DNA of 64,000 bases, from the IMG/VR virus record IMGVR_UViG_3300026183_000827; one strand, 5' to 3'. This document shows, in pieces, positions 25,546 through 40,500 of this stretch (positions are counted from its first letter, which is position 1; each line of letters begins with the position of its first letter). Source of the stretch: a virus. The notes beneath the pieces are model-generated. The model saw nothing but the letters and a program-made list of their open reading frames with translations, did not search any database and was not told the DNA's origin. Position numbers and translations under genes: made by a program.

Positions 25546-28500
25546 TCAGGATGCTCATATGTTCCAGCACGTAAGAATCTTGCAATGGAATTTTGAGCAT
25601 CACCTAATGTTTCTTCTTCTTTAGTCCAAGATTGACCTTGTTTTTTGATTATAGTTATACGAGAATTTTCAGTAGGTGTGTTTAATAATGTGATACTATT
25701 ATTATCAACATCTACGCTAAACTCGGCTTCAATAGTTATATCTCCATTTGGACTATCAATATCAATTGTTGGGTCAAAAACAGATATACTGTTTTTTCTT
25801 AGACGCTTTCCTGCTGCAAATACTTCAATTTCATTAATACTTTCGATATTATAACCAATATTAAATGTACTAACAATGCCATCTGCTGTAATGTTTGCAA
25901 CAAGGTTTTGATCTTTATATGGTACAGTTTTTTCTATGTTTTGATTATATACTTTTGTTCCTAAATTATGAACAGTTGGAACTCCTGTACCTAATGTTCC
26001 TCTTCTAATTTGACGTAAAGTATTATCTTCTTTAACAAAGTATTCTATACGTTCTCCGTTAATAAAGATAATTCCTGGCATATTTTTACCTTTGTCTGGT
26101 ACTGGTAGATCTATCCCATTATCAACTTCTATTCTTAGATCATAATAGTTTAATGGCTGAGCTAGTTTTGCAGTACTTGCATCTAAACGCTTAAAGTGCG
26201 TTCTATTTAGTATGTCTTTAAATTGTCTATAGCTAAATCCATCTTGTGATATTTCAGCAGCAAAATGTATAACTTCTATTACATCGTTTGCAGCAGGTAC
26301 TTCAACTAGTTGAATTTTTGTTCTATTATCTGTTACATAATAGTCTACACTAGGAATTAAAAGCTCGCTATTCTTTGTAATCCAAACATACTGTGCATCT
26401 AACGCAGGTTTTCTTAGTAAGATTTCTCCAGCAGTAAGTCTATTATAAGTGTTTGTTTCTTCGTCATTGATTAAAGTTTCTCTTTTAACAACATCGTATT
26501 GTATTTTTTCAATATCTTTTAGGTTATGATTACTAAATTGGTAAACATAAACTTTTGAATTGACGCCTGGTAAATCTTTTAATATTACTTCATTGCCACT
26601 TATAGAATATTCACTTTCAGAAATATTATATATTTCTATATTATCGCCTGGTAGGCCATATTCATCACCTAATATTACAGAACTATTTGCAATATCTAAA
26701 CGCCACTGTTCAGGAGTAAATATTTCTTCTCCATTTAAAAATACCTTCAATCCTTCTGCAGATAACGATCCTGCAGGCTGTTGGAATAGTTCAAGTTGAT
26801 ATTCTCTTTGATTAGATTCTGGTATAGTAAAGTTACGACTGTATCCACTATTTAGAATATTTTGATCAACTCTAACAATTATGTTGTGTTCTGTTGGTAA
26901 CGAGTAAAATGGAGCACTACTTAATGCATAAGTTTGTGTAATTCCGTTTGCTGTAAATTCATCTGTTAAAACTTGGCTAAAATCAACAGTTTCGTTATTA
27001 GAGAATATAGTATAATTTATAATCTGTCCTTGTGTAGCAGCGTTTTCTAATCTAAATGCAGTTCTATTATCACCTGCAACTTCTGTGGAATAGTCAAATA
27101 CTGTTATATTTTGTAATTCTCCGTTTACAGTAACGCTTAATGATAATGAATCATCCCAAGTATAGTCGATAACAAAATCATATTGTTCTGTTTCTTCAAC
27201 TGTAATTTCATCACTATACATTACTGATGTACTTGTACTTTGTTCTTGCAATATTATTGATAATTGCTTATTTGATTCTACTTCTAAAGATAGTTGTTTA
27301 TTAGGCCAATCAATAGTATATTGATCTTTGCTTAAAACATTTCCGTCATATTTTACTAAAATGCTATCTTTAGAGCCGGGTAGTAAACCAAAATTGTAAG
27401 TAAATGTTCCAGTGATATCTGTTTCAATATTATTACAAATTATTAACCCTTGATTTCCAGATTCTTTTGTATACACTTTAATGTCTAATGTATCAAACAT
27501 TGATCCAGGAACTAACTCTTCAGTTTTTGCACGAGATGTTGATACAAACAAATCACCGTCTGTAATAATTTCTTCAGCGTTTATTCCTGCTGCTGTAGTA
27601 TATGCTAAATCTCCACCTTCAAGTGCTGTGTCGTAACTTGCAAGATCTGGTGTTATGCTACCGTCACTTGTAATTTTTCTTACAATAAAGATGTCGCCGT
27701 CATTTAGGTTAATGCCTAAATTGCTTGTTTCAATAATAGTAGTTGTACCATCACCTGTAATACTGTTAACAATAGCATATGCGTTTGTTTGATCTTCTGT
27801 TCCGTAATTAGGATCGTCTATTCTTACACCATTCTTATAAAGATTGTAGACTATACCTTCTTCTAACGGTGCTCTAAGTTCTACAGCAATAGTAGATCCG
27901 TCAGATACAAAAACTTCATCTTCAAAAGTGTTTTCATAAACGTCCCATGCATCAGTAAACCATGGCTGACTATCCCATCCGCTTGGACCTCCAAAATCAA
28001 AACTCTTTACTTCTACTCCGCCATAGTCAATACCCGTCATTAACTGATTAAGCTCTTTGCCAAACATGTTATCAGTCGGATTGTATGCAAATTTAATTCT
28101 GTCAGCTGCTTCTAAAAATTCTAAAGGCTTGTAGTATTCAATTCTAATAACACTATTACCTGTAGGAGCATTATTAAATGTTAATCTTCCTTTATTTTTT
28201 GTATATTGATCAATTATTTCTCTGTTAGAAACTTGATAAGTGCTTTTTAACATTTCTTGATCGTCTACAAAAACTTTAATCTTATTCTTACGAACATCAA
28301 TAGGCCATTTTAAATCAAAAATTGTATCAACACCGGATGCAGTAAATGTTTCTGATACTGCTAAATCTTCAATAAAGTATTCTCCCGAAACTCTATCAAA
28401 TTTTACTTTAATACTAGGAGTTCTTACAAGACTTTTTCCTAATATAGCAAATGCTGTTGCTGGTGTACCATCTTCAGTTTGTGCACCTTCAAGTGTAATT

Positions 28501-31500
28501 TTAGGAGGAGTAATAAATCTTCCGCCAGGATTACGAACTTTAATAGCAGTAACTTTTCCATATCCAATAAAGGCTTCAGCAGTTGCACCTGAATTACTAG
28601 AATCTTCTATTATAACTTTGGGTGGGAATATATAACCTGAACCTGGATTTTTTATTTTGATTTCTGAAAGTTCTGCTCCAAGATTGTCAGCAAAATATTT
28701 TCTAGGATATTCTTGTAAAATATTATCAACTTGCAGCAATGCACCATCAAAAACGGTTGTTTTGATTGTTTCAATTTGATTTGTAGTAGTATTATAAAAC
28801 GGCGCTGCATCAAAATCTGTTACAACAGAATTTGTTGGATCAGTTTTATCATAAGATGCAACAAATTCTCTTATATTTGTCTTATAAGGTTTTACTTCTT
28901 TAACATAATTTTCAAAGTACTCTAAGCTGTCTTTCTTAAATGTTGCAGGTTGATCTAACTCACCTAATTTATGATTAATTTTTATAAAACTAGTTTTAAA
29001 TGCCCAATCAAGTAGTGGTTGTTCTGCTACAACGTATCTTAAACTACTTAAAAATAATTGGTTGTATTCAACTGCTAGTTCATTTATAAAAATATCATCT
29101 CTTAGTGCTTCAAAAATAATTCTTAATTCTTTTGCCGGATTTGTGTCGTAAAGAGTGCTATCAAAACTTCTATTATCATATCCTACTGTTGACTGTTGTA
29201 TATTATAAAGATTAGAAGTGAATTGAATAGTACCGTTTTCACGACCAATAGTTTCATAATCTACAGTATAATCTTCATTATCAGTAGTGCCTATTCTCTT
29301 AAGTAATAACCAGCCTGAACTTCCAATTGATTTAATTTTTATTATAGAATTAAATTCTGGTTCTAATTCTTGTAATTCATAACTTTCATCAATTTCATAA
29401 TTTATTTTTGTAAACTGATTATATCCTGGTGCATACCAATCTATATAATTCCAATATTTTGGAACATCATAACCTTGGGTAGATGTTCTAAACCATGTTT
29501 TGTCAATTTCATTATATCCGTAAATGCTCCAAAGATTCTTTGCAGTAGAATCTGCATTTACTAACACACTGAATCTTCTTACACTTATTGTTGTTTGATT
29601 TGTATAATTTTTTCCTGTGTTAGTAACTTCTGCAGATATTACACTTCCTAAGTTATTAATTTGTAATTTTATTTCTGCATCAACGCCAGATCCATTTATA
29701 TTAATAGTTGGAACTGTTTTATAGCCTCTGCCTGGAGATTCTATTTCAACTCTAACAAGCTCACCATTAGATATAATAGGTATTAATTTAGCAGGGCTTA
29801 AATTGTTTGTGCTTACATATTGCAATTCTTCTACAGTGTCTACAGAAAGATCATACTTAGAAGATATTAATGTAGGAGCAAGATCGGTTTCAAACAATCG
29901 AGCTGTGTTATAATCATCTACTATTAATAAATCTTTAAATATTATATTAATTCGTTCTATTGTTTGTTTTAGAGCTTCTATTCTATTAACAAACATAGAC
30001 TGTCTAGGCATATTTAAAATGCCATACTTCTGAGTTTCTGGTAATTTAATATCGGGTACAGGTCTATTATTAGTATCAAATCCTATTAAACTGTCAAACC
30101 ACTTTCTTTCAATGTCTACATCTAATTTAGAATTTGCATCGCCGTCGGCGATTAATTTGAATTCTTTATGAAGATTAGAATCCTTTGTAGCTTGCGGTTT
30201 ATATTTAATATTCAATACTAAATCGTCACCACTTAAAATATTTTCAAAATTATTTAGAACTATTCTGTCTGCACCTAAAAACGAAATATACCTATAACCA
30301 TTTTCTCTTGGTCTTTCAATTAAATTTACTATTTCAAAAATACTTAAATTTCTATTTTCTATATCAGGAACTGTTCTTTTAGATTCTACCCAATAGTAAT
30401 ATTTTGTTGAAAAGATTTGAGACACTTCATCATAAATTAATTTTGTACTGTATTTTGTATCTCCGTATAAAGACTGTCCGCTAATTCCTAGTTTAATGCC
30501 TTCTTCTGTGTCAGCAAGATTACTCCATTGGCTTGGAAGATAATCGCTTTCTATCCACTCGTATACATTAATACTAGCACCTTCCGTTAATACTGACCAA
30601 TTATTTTTTTGTTCAAAAATATTACCTTGATAAGGATACTTAAATCTAGCAGTGCTAATATTCCACCAAACTTGTCCTACATGTTCATCAAACCATGTTT
30701 GATTTGGATCGTATTCTCTATCTGATGTTGTGCCAACATTATAAAATGCTGGATCGGTTTGAGTTTTAAACGTTATTTCTTGTTCTGCCGGACCTGCAAT
30801 TTTACCTTGTATTGGATCAATATAATCAATATAACTTACTATCCTATTAGTAGTTTTGTTATAAACAAATGCTCCTTCAATCAAATCTAAATTTACAGGG
30901 TTGACAATTTCTTTATATAGATTCCATGCTAATTTTGTTTTTGGTTTTCTATAATCTACAAACATGCCTTTAGAGTCGTTACTGTTATAGAACGGCATAC
31001 CGACATATACGTGATTGTCTTTTGCAAGTAATCGTTTGCCAAATTCTACTGTTGCATTATCAAATCTAAATTTTTCACTGTAGGTATAAGAATTATTTAA
31101 ATTTTCGTATACGTATATTACACCAGAGTCAATTTTAATATTTCTAAATGCAGTAAACTCTAGATCAAAAGTTGTAGATTGGTTATCAAATGTAGTAGGT
31201 ATAGTTTGATCACCATTTAAACTTGTTACTGCTAAGTTTTCATTAGTAAATGCAATTTGATAACCAAAATTTTCTGCTACTTCATCTGCAGGACTATAAA
31301 TTGTTTGACTTAATTCAAATTCTCCGTTTACTTGTGTATAAATTAAAACTGCACCTTGACCATATTTTCGAGAATCATCTGAAGGGACACTAACGGCAAT
31401 TTGTCTACCGTCTGGTTTAATTACTACACTTTGCGCCCAGTTTGTTCTATCAATATACAAATCAGGTGTTGCATCTAAATTTTGTGTTCTAGAACCAGTT

Positions 31501-34500
31501 TCTGAAGTTACTATATTTCCTTCGCTATCTGTGTATATCCATCCGTCTCCATCTTTTAAAAATTTATCTAAGTCATGATCTTTTAAATCATAGCCACTTA
31601 TTGGAGCAGATATTGTTTGGTATAATTTATATTTGTTGTTTTCTTTTCTATAAATTGCTAATCGTTTGTTACTTGTACTATCAGTCGATTCTAGTTTTAC
31701 AGTAACAACTAAAACTTCTCCGTTTTTACTTACATCAAAATTTTCACTAAATTCAATAATGTTTGTAGCAGGATCAAACACATCTTCGTTAAAGAATGCA
31801 TTGTTAGTAAGATTTGGCAAATAACCTAAATAATCAAAATTATTATCAGTTACTTCCCAATAAGTGTCACTAAATTCTGTTCCTGTTGCGATATTTGTTT
31901 TTGCAACATAAAAACTATTATCTTTAAGAACTATTGAATTTATTTCATAAGGGAAAGAATTGTCCCACTCCCCTCTATAATTGTCATCAACACCGTATCT
32001 CCAACTAATATTTGTCCAAACTATAGGATCAAGAATATTCAATTGCGAACTATCGTCTGTGTCTTTATTTGCTCTATAATATTTGTCTTTGTAAATTACT
32101 ACATCACCTTCATTATAAGATGTAGCTTGATAATCCTTTTTAAATACATCTGTAGTTTCTGGACCAGTTACAAAAATTTCAATACTGCCAGGATCTGAAC
32201 GTGTAGTAGGATCTAAGTCGCCTTTACTACCAACAAGTAATACATAGGTATTTCCTTGTTTTCTAATTTTAACTTCGTCGCCAAATTGTCTATTGGCAAA
32301 CTTATATTGACTTGTGAGCATATAATCAAACTCATAAACAGCATTAGGTTGTCTCCTATAAATTACAACCGCGCCTTCATTGTCTAATCCACTCGATGTT
32401 CCTCTTTCGTCAGCAGGTATGTTATAAACTTGAGTCCAATTTTTATTTAAATTATAAGGTGGACTTGCTGGAATTGAAATGCCGCCTTCGATTGTTTCAT
32501 CATAGAAGTAATATTCTCCATCAAATATTTCAGGAGTAGATACTACATCAAATGGCGTATCTTTTTGGAAAACTAATAAATCTCCTACTAGATTAGTACC
32601 TAAAACAATATCGTTATTTGGATCATCAATTGTACCCATTACACGATCAACATCACCGGGGCCTCGAGCATCTTCATTCGCTTTTCTGCGAACCTGGAAT
32701 CTACCAATATTATTCAGCTGATTCCAACTTCCGCTTAAAACTTTTAAATAAACTCTTACAGAATTAAATTGCTTTTTATAAAAAACAACTTCTGCTGTAC
32801 TTGTACTAGTACTAGTAAGAGCTAAACCTCCTGAACCGTCTCTAGGAATTTGTACATCTTCAATAATATCTCCTACAACTGGCTCATACGGATTTCCTAA
32901 AAAGTCAAATTCTGTAAATTCAAAGTCAATATATCCGTCCCAGATATCATAAATTTGCTGAGACCCATTCATTTGATCAAGTTCAAATCCAGTAGATTCT
33001 AGATTTATTCCAGTATTTTCTGAGTCAAAAAATGTAAATTGTAGAGTTTTATTATCAGCACTACCTTGAGAATCAAATGCACTTATACTGGTTAAATAAT
33101 CTTGGAAAGATTTACCAACTCTAACAACCCATAAGTTACTTAATTCTGGGCCGCTGTCACCATCATAACTTAAATTAGAAATATAACTTACACGATTTTT
33201 TTCTAATACAAATTCACCTATATTACCAACTGTATCCTGAATGTTATAATACACAAATGGCCTGTCTGCATCGTCATTTTCTGCAGGACGTACATCTGCA
33301 TAAACTAAACCTCGGCCTATATCTAAATACCTGCCATTATTAGCATACTCGAATCCAGTTTCTATATACCAAAAACCGCCAATATCTGGTGATGTTGAAT
33401 ATGTTGATTCTTGTGTATAAAATCCTATAAAGTTTCCAGTACTTTGTACAAAAATTTCATCAGTAACATTAAAAATACCGTTGATATTTTTTAGATACAG
33501 TACTGCAGAATCTCTATAACTAGCAACATAAAATACTTCACCTGAGCCAGTATCACTTTCGATTGTATCGCCTACCTCAGGCAAACTTACAAAAGTATCA
33601 ATATAAACAATTGCATCAATTTTTTCAACAATTTCGTGTTCTTGTGTAATAAATTCTTTTGTAATTTCTGGTATTTGATCGTCAAATGGCAAATAGTTAT
33701 CTAGTGTTGGATATGCATAACTACGCTGGTTCCAAGATAAATTAACTTTATCTCCAGAAGCACCGTCTATTCTACCTTTAGTTGCAAGATACATATCTAA
33801 TGGAGCTCTTACTAGTAAATGATCAATACCATTTGTAGGTAACCCAAATTTACCTGCAACTAACAATTGCAAACTTGTACTATCAGATGTATCAGAAGAA
33901 ACAAGATTAATATAACTATCAAACGTACTAAATGTTTGTGTACCTACTTCAGGATTAACTGTAGTATTAGCTTTCCAAAAACTTTCTCTAAACTTAACAA
34001 TATCATGTTTACTATACTCTACAGTAGGATCAAAATTTCCTAAAAATTTTGTTTTTATTCCTGACATGTTTGGTATGCCAATAGCAAGATATTCACCGTC
34101 TTCACTTACATCTATGCTTGATCCAAAGTTTTCAAAAGAGTCTTGGTAACTATTTTTTGTTTCTGTAAAATCAATTACCTGTTGTAAAATTAAATTAGCA
34201 TTTTCTTTTGATCTTCTATATACATAAATTTTACCTGTTTCATCGCCAGAAGCAGAAACAAACAAATTATTATTATCATCAGTTACAGTCATTACGCCTG
34301 TAAAATTTTGAATAGTACTATCCCAATCAGAAGGATTATTATATGTTTCTAAATATGAATAAACACTGTTGTTTTTTAAAACTGCCCAATTATTAGTGTT
34401 GTCATAATTGTCTATCCAGACTTTTTGCTCATTGTATAATTTTTCATTAACAATATCATTTAAATTAGTAGTATCATCAAGACGTACTTCTCTGAGTTTA

Positions 34501-37500
34501 GAAACTGCAAATGATTGTTCTAAGAAACCTGAAATATCATTTTCTATCGGAACTTTTATTTTTGCAATATTTAAATTAATATCTACAATTTTATAAAACC
34601 CATTAAGTTCGAATTCTTGTGCTCCGCGAATTGCAATTAAATCGCCAATAGACAGCGTATTATCTAGCCATTTGTCCATAGACAATTCATAAATTAATTC
34701 GCCGGCATCATTTAAAGTATTTGCTTCTGTAAGTTCTGTTACGTTTAAATTTGTGTCAATATGCTGATAAACAGTCCAGTTTTCATTTTCTTGATTTGTG
34801 AGATGTAAATAGCCGCCTAGTCTAAATACATTAACATTACCTAAAGCTAAATCATCTATAGTGTAAGATTCAAAATCTATATCGTCTTCGCTAACATATC
34901 CAGAAGATTTTATGTATTCTTTACTTTGAGACAATACTGGAAAAACTGAACTAGTATATTCCTGTGGACGATCTAACAAATCTGAAGGTAACACTCTAAA
35001 GATATTATCAAATTGCTCTGCAGGAAGATTATCTACAAATTCTACAGGCTGCGGACTAGATATCATTTTCTTTTCTTCGAGGTTTAACTCAATTTGTTGA
35101 ATACTTTCTGAAGAACCGTATATACCTGATCGTATAGCCCATTCTTCAAAATATTCTAAACTTTCCTCGCCAGACGCAGTTAAAGGAGCAAACAATTTTG
35201 AAAGACTGTTTTTTGTACCTTTTTCTTGGATATAGCCTTTATAGAACTTTAGTTGACTTACATCGTCGACTATTAAATTACTTAGGTAATCTCTTTTTTG
35301 GAAGCCAATTAATCTAGATGCTAAATTGTGCAAAGATTGATCAAAACTAGAAGTATTTGTATCGTAAAAATCGTTAAATTGATTTATTCTATAATCAAAA
35401 TTTGTTAATAAATCCGGTACTGGTTTTTCATTTAGTTTGTACCATTGATTATAATCTACACTTGTTGATCCCTGTATATTTTCTTTAGCAACATAATAAT
35501 ATTCTTTAAATTTTATAAGATCACCAATTTTGTAATCTTTATAATTTTCAAAATCTTTAACTATAGCATTATCATACAAAAATCCTGGGATATTTAAGCC
35601 GCCATTCCAGTCTTCTGATCTATAACCATTAACTTTAATTCTTTGTTGTCTATAACCAGAAGCTGGGTGATAAATTACATCATTAAATATTGTTGTGTTA
35701 GATAGAACAACAACATGTTCTTTTTGTACAATAGGTAAAGATGCTCCATATAATCCAAAGTCTGTATCTTTTATTTCTAATCCAAAACTATTATCTTCTC
35801 TTACTACACTGTTAAAGTTTCTATCAAGTGTTTGACCATTACTTGAAACAATACTAGTATTATAAAAAGAATCAAATACATCATCTACAACTGAATAATT
35901 TGATTTAAAGAATAGTTTATTTGCAGCAGGACTTAAACTAATAATTGTTCCATTAGCCCATCCTTGTGTAGTCCAGAACATAAATTCTTTTGTTACAGAT
36001 ACCCAATCATTTACTGTTTCGTCAGTTACGTCATCAAAAACAAATCCTTGAGTAGTTAAATAGTTTCCGTAACCAGTAAGAAAATCTACTACTTCTTGAA
36101 TACTTGTAAGTATAGATCCGTATGGTAATTTTTCTACTTTATTGTTGTTAAAGTTTTTGTAAAACTCAGCTGTTCTACCTCCAATTGAAGGTAATGCAGG
36201 TAATTTAGCTAGGAAATCTGTTTCAAATATTCCTCCGCTTGTAAAATCTTGTGTTGCTCTATAATAAGTGTTTAGATGAAAAACTACCTGTCCCTTTTTG
36301 TATGGAGTTTGTTCGCTCCATTCTGAAAATTGTTCACTTATTCCGCCAACCGATAAAATATAACTTGTCGATCCTACTAAAGGTTTATAGTATTGAAAAA
36401 ATGGTATTTTTGGATTATAACCCGTCACCTTAAATCCTGCAGGTGTTTTTTCAATAACTACACCACTATATACAAAGTTGTCTATAGGAGAACTTACATT
36501 ATAAACTAAATTATAATTTTCTTGTGGTACAAAAATGCCTGTGGATCCTTTGTCCTGATTAGGAGACTTGCTTTCAAGAATAAGATTTAATTTTTGTTTA
36601 TCACTAAATCCTCCTAATCTAAATGATAAATTTGTTTCTAATGCAGTAACTTCATTTTGATAATCGCTATATACTGTTAATATATCACTTGCTAAAAGAT
36701 TGTAAATGTAATTTACAAGTCCACAAGTTGTATTTCTAATATTATCTGCATATGTATTTGGAAATACAATGTCTTTATTTCTAAAGAATGTGCCTGAATC
36801 TTTATATGTGTTTTGCCCTGCAAGGTTCTTTGTAAATCTTGATAAATCAAATCCTTTTGCTATTGTCTCTGCTGGATTAATTAGTAGCATAGACTTTAAT
36901 AATGCAAAAGGATAATCGGAACTTTTCCTCCAAGCAGTTTCTATTGGAGAATAATCGCCAAATGCATAAGATTTAGAAGCATATCTTTGAACAAATCCTT
37001 TAACATAATTTATGTTTACTGGCGGTAATAGTTTACCTGTTTGATCTACTGGTATAAAAGATCTTAGATTTGGACGTTTGAATCTTTCGTCAATTCTACT
37101 ATTATTAGGATCTGCTATTCTGCCATTTTCTAAATCTTCCCATAGTACTAGGTTGTTACTTGTATATGGTGCAGGACCGTAAACATCGTTCCACCATGTA
37201 GGTTTATTTCTAAATCCTAACATTTCCCACGGATTTGTGTGAGGACGATCTGTATCAAATGCTTGATTATAAATCCCTCTCCAGAAACCTGGCAAAGCTT
37301 TGCCATCTGGATTATTAGATTCACTATAATTAAATGTAAACCCATTATTTCTATCATAAAATGAGTTTGAAGAATAATCTGCTGCAATGTTGGCTTGCCA
37401 TCTAGTAAAATCTGTCAACAATAAGTTATTTTGTTTTTCTAAAGTATTTTGATATCCTCTAAAATCGCCACCTGTAAAATTAAAAATATCAAACTCATTG

Positions 37501-40500
37501 TCGTCATATGAAATTTTAATATTACTAAAAATTCTTTTCTCAAATTCAATAATTAAACTGTCTCTAAAATCTTTGTAACATGCAACTTGACTTCCGTCAT
37601 GTCCTCTAATAAATGCAACACCGATTGGGTATTCATCATAATCTTCTGGATTAGAATCTTTAGAGTAGTTAGCATTAGTTTCAGGCAAATAAAATTTTGT
37701 ATTTAATCCCTTAAACCACACTGCCTGAGAAGCACCATTTCCTCCATTGTTACTGTCTGCTGTTTCAGCAGCATTTTTTGATGTATATACTGGATAGGTC
37801 CATCCGAACGAATTTTTTAATTGGCCTACTTCTACTTCTCCGTATATTTTAAAAGGACCTGAAATTGTTAAAGATGTTTCATCTATACCGGTGTCATCTA
37901 TAAAGACTTCTGGATACCAAGATGGATACAATCCTAATTTACTAGGTGTAGGAGCAATAAAACTTCCATCTGTATTATTATATTCGTATATTTCAATTGT
38001 GTCGCCGTTTTCTTTTGCTGCAATGATCTCTATAAAGCCATCTTCATTAAAATTATAGTCTCTACCATGTACAAGTATTTTGTTATTAAGATAAACAGTG
38101 ATTGCTTTTTCTGACAATGTTGACATTGAAAATGCAGTTGTTAAAGGAAATAAATTTATTTCTTTGTCAATCACATTATATTCTATTCTATTTGCATCGC
38201 CATAAGCAAGCATATCGCTAAAATAAAACGGTTGAGAATCTGCTTTGTCTTTGTTTATTTCTTTTAATATTTTGTCTACGTGAGCTTTGGGAGTACCGTC
38301 AAATCCTAATGAACTTGCAGTATCTACAAGTATTTTTTTTGCTTTGTTGTATTCTAATGTTGAATATTCAACAGCTTTTATCAAATTGTATTTTTTATTT
38401 GTTAAATGGTAAATTGCATTAGCCAAACCTGCTTCGTGTTTAACAAATCTTTTGCCAAACTGACTTATATTACCTAAATCTCTAAGATTGCTTGTACCAG
38501 GATATGTACCTGTAAATGATTGAAGATCTTCAATCATGCTATCTACATGATCATAAACTTCGCCTAATGTAAATTGATTAATATCTTCATTAAGTGGATT
38601 TCTTTCTAAAGAAATAGGTAATTCATAATATCCGTTTTGATTTTTATCAGCCGAGCTATGTAATTTTAATTTTAAATAATCTCCTATTGTTAAGTCGTTT
38701 ACAAATGATACTAAAACCTTATTTTCTGTTTTAACAATATTATAATCTGTATTTTTTAATTGTAGTTTATTATTAACATATACTTTGATTTTTAAATCTT
38801 CTAATAAATGAGGTTTATTGTAAACATCAACAGCAAAATTATTTGTTAAGTTATCAGTAACTTCGATATCTCTAATAACATATTGTGTAAATCTACTTGG
38901 AGTAGAATTCCAACCATTTACATATTTAAAAGTTGTTCTATCAGAATATTTTCTTAAATTTGATGTAGACGTAGGAACTTCAATTAAATCTTCATCGTTT
39001 TGATAAGAAAATACATCTGTAAGCAAATTAAATTCAAAAAGAATATCGCCTGTATTTTCTATATTTCTATATTGTAACGCAAATCCTAATTCGTTATCTA
39101 CTGTTCCTGTGCCTTCTTTGTAACTAAAAATTTTAGTGCCACTAAATGTGGAACTTTCAAAAATAGTTGTATTACTATATTCATTTCCTTGTGGACAACA
39201 TAAATCAAATAAAGGTGGTTGATTGACTGCTAATTTTTCTTGTGCAGCAATCCACATATTTTCATGATAATGAAAAGTTTTTCCTGAATATACTTCACCT
39301 AGTTTTACAAATACGTTTTCTAAATCTAACGGAGTAGAATCCGCAGTTTCTACAAGATTGATAATTCTTTCAGTACCAATAGTTATAAATTTAACTTCAT
39401 AAATTTTACCGCTAACTAATTGATCGGTATCAGCTCTAAATAGAACTCTCATACCTTGTGCTAGTTCTACTCCATCAATAATATATCCTTGCGATCCTTG
39501 TATAGTACTAAACACATCAGTTGTAAAATTATCTAATAAGTCTACATCTTGTTTAGCAAATGTTCCGTAATTAAAAAGTTTCAATCCTGCATTAAATTCA
39601 ATGATAGGACGTTTTGCTCTAAAATTATCATCTAAATTTTCTGCAATGTTATTATATTCGAAACTTTTTAAAATAACATCTTTATGGAACCATCTGTTAT
39701 TTCTAGTCCAAGGGTTTTTATCTTGTGATGCTCTGTTTATTATTAAATAATCTTTTTCTAAAGGATAGTTATTTGCTGTAGCAAACGGCGATACATCAAA
39801 TTCTTCTGAATCAAACGGGACTTGAATATTATCTGTATACGCAGACGGAATAACTAATTCTCTTTGTGAAATTAATTTAATATTTTCGCCAACGCCTTCT
39901 ACATACCAATTTCCTTCGTTATATTTTTCAGGAACAACTGTACCTTGAAATCTAACAAGTAATCCATTTGTAAAGTCTACACCGTTTGAACTTTGATAAT
40001 ATTTTTTTCCTAGTATATCTGTGTCAATATTTAAAAAGGTGTTTTCTTCAACGTCGAAGACTCGTATTTGGCCACTTGTGTTTACGTCATTTTGACTAAT
40101 ATAAAATAGTCTATCAGGTGCATTAGCAGGTATTGTAAATTCAATTGTTCCTTTTTCTACATAAACAACTGCAACTTCGTCGCCATCTTCATTAAATTTA
40201 GTAATACCATCATTGTATAATGTTGACACATTTTCATCTGCTTCAAATGTTACACTTCCGGCATCAGGCGTAATAATAAAATCACCAATGTCATATTCGT
40301 TGCCATACAAGTCGGCACCGTACAATCCATCTGATCTAATTCCTTCTCTGCCTGCAACTAATAGAGCCAATCCTGGTATAAAAGTTCTACTTATAGAAAA
40401 TGCTAAAGGGTGTCCTGGAGTATCAATTTCAAATCTATATGTTTGGCCTCTATAAAGTTTTAATTTTGGATTTCTAGTAAACCCATCATTAAATACATAT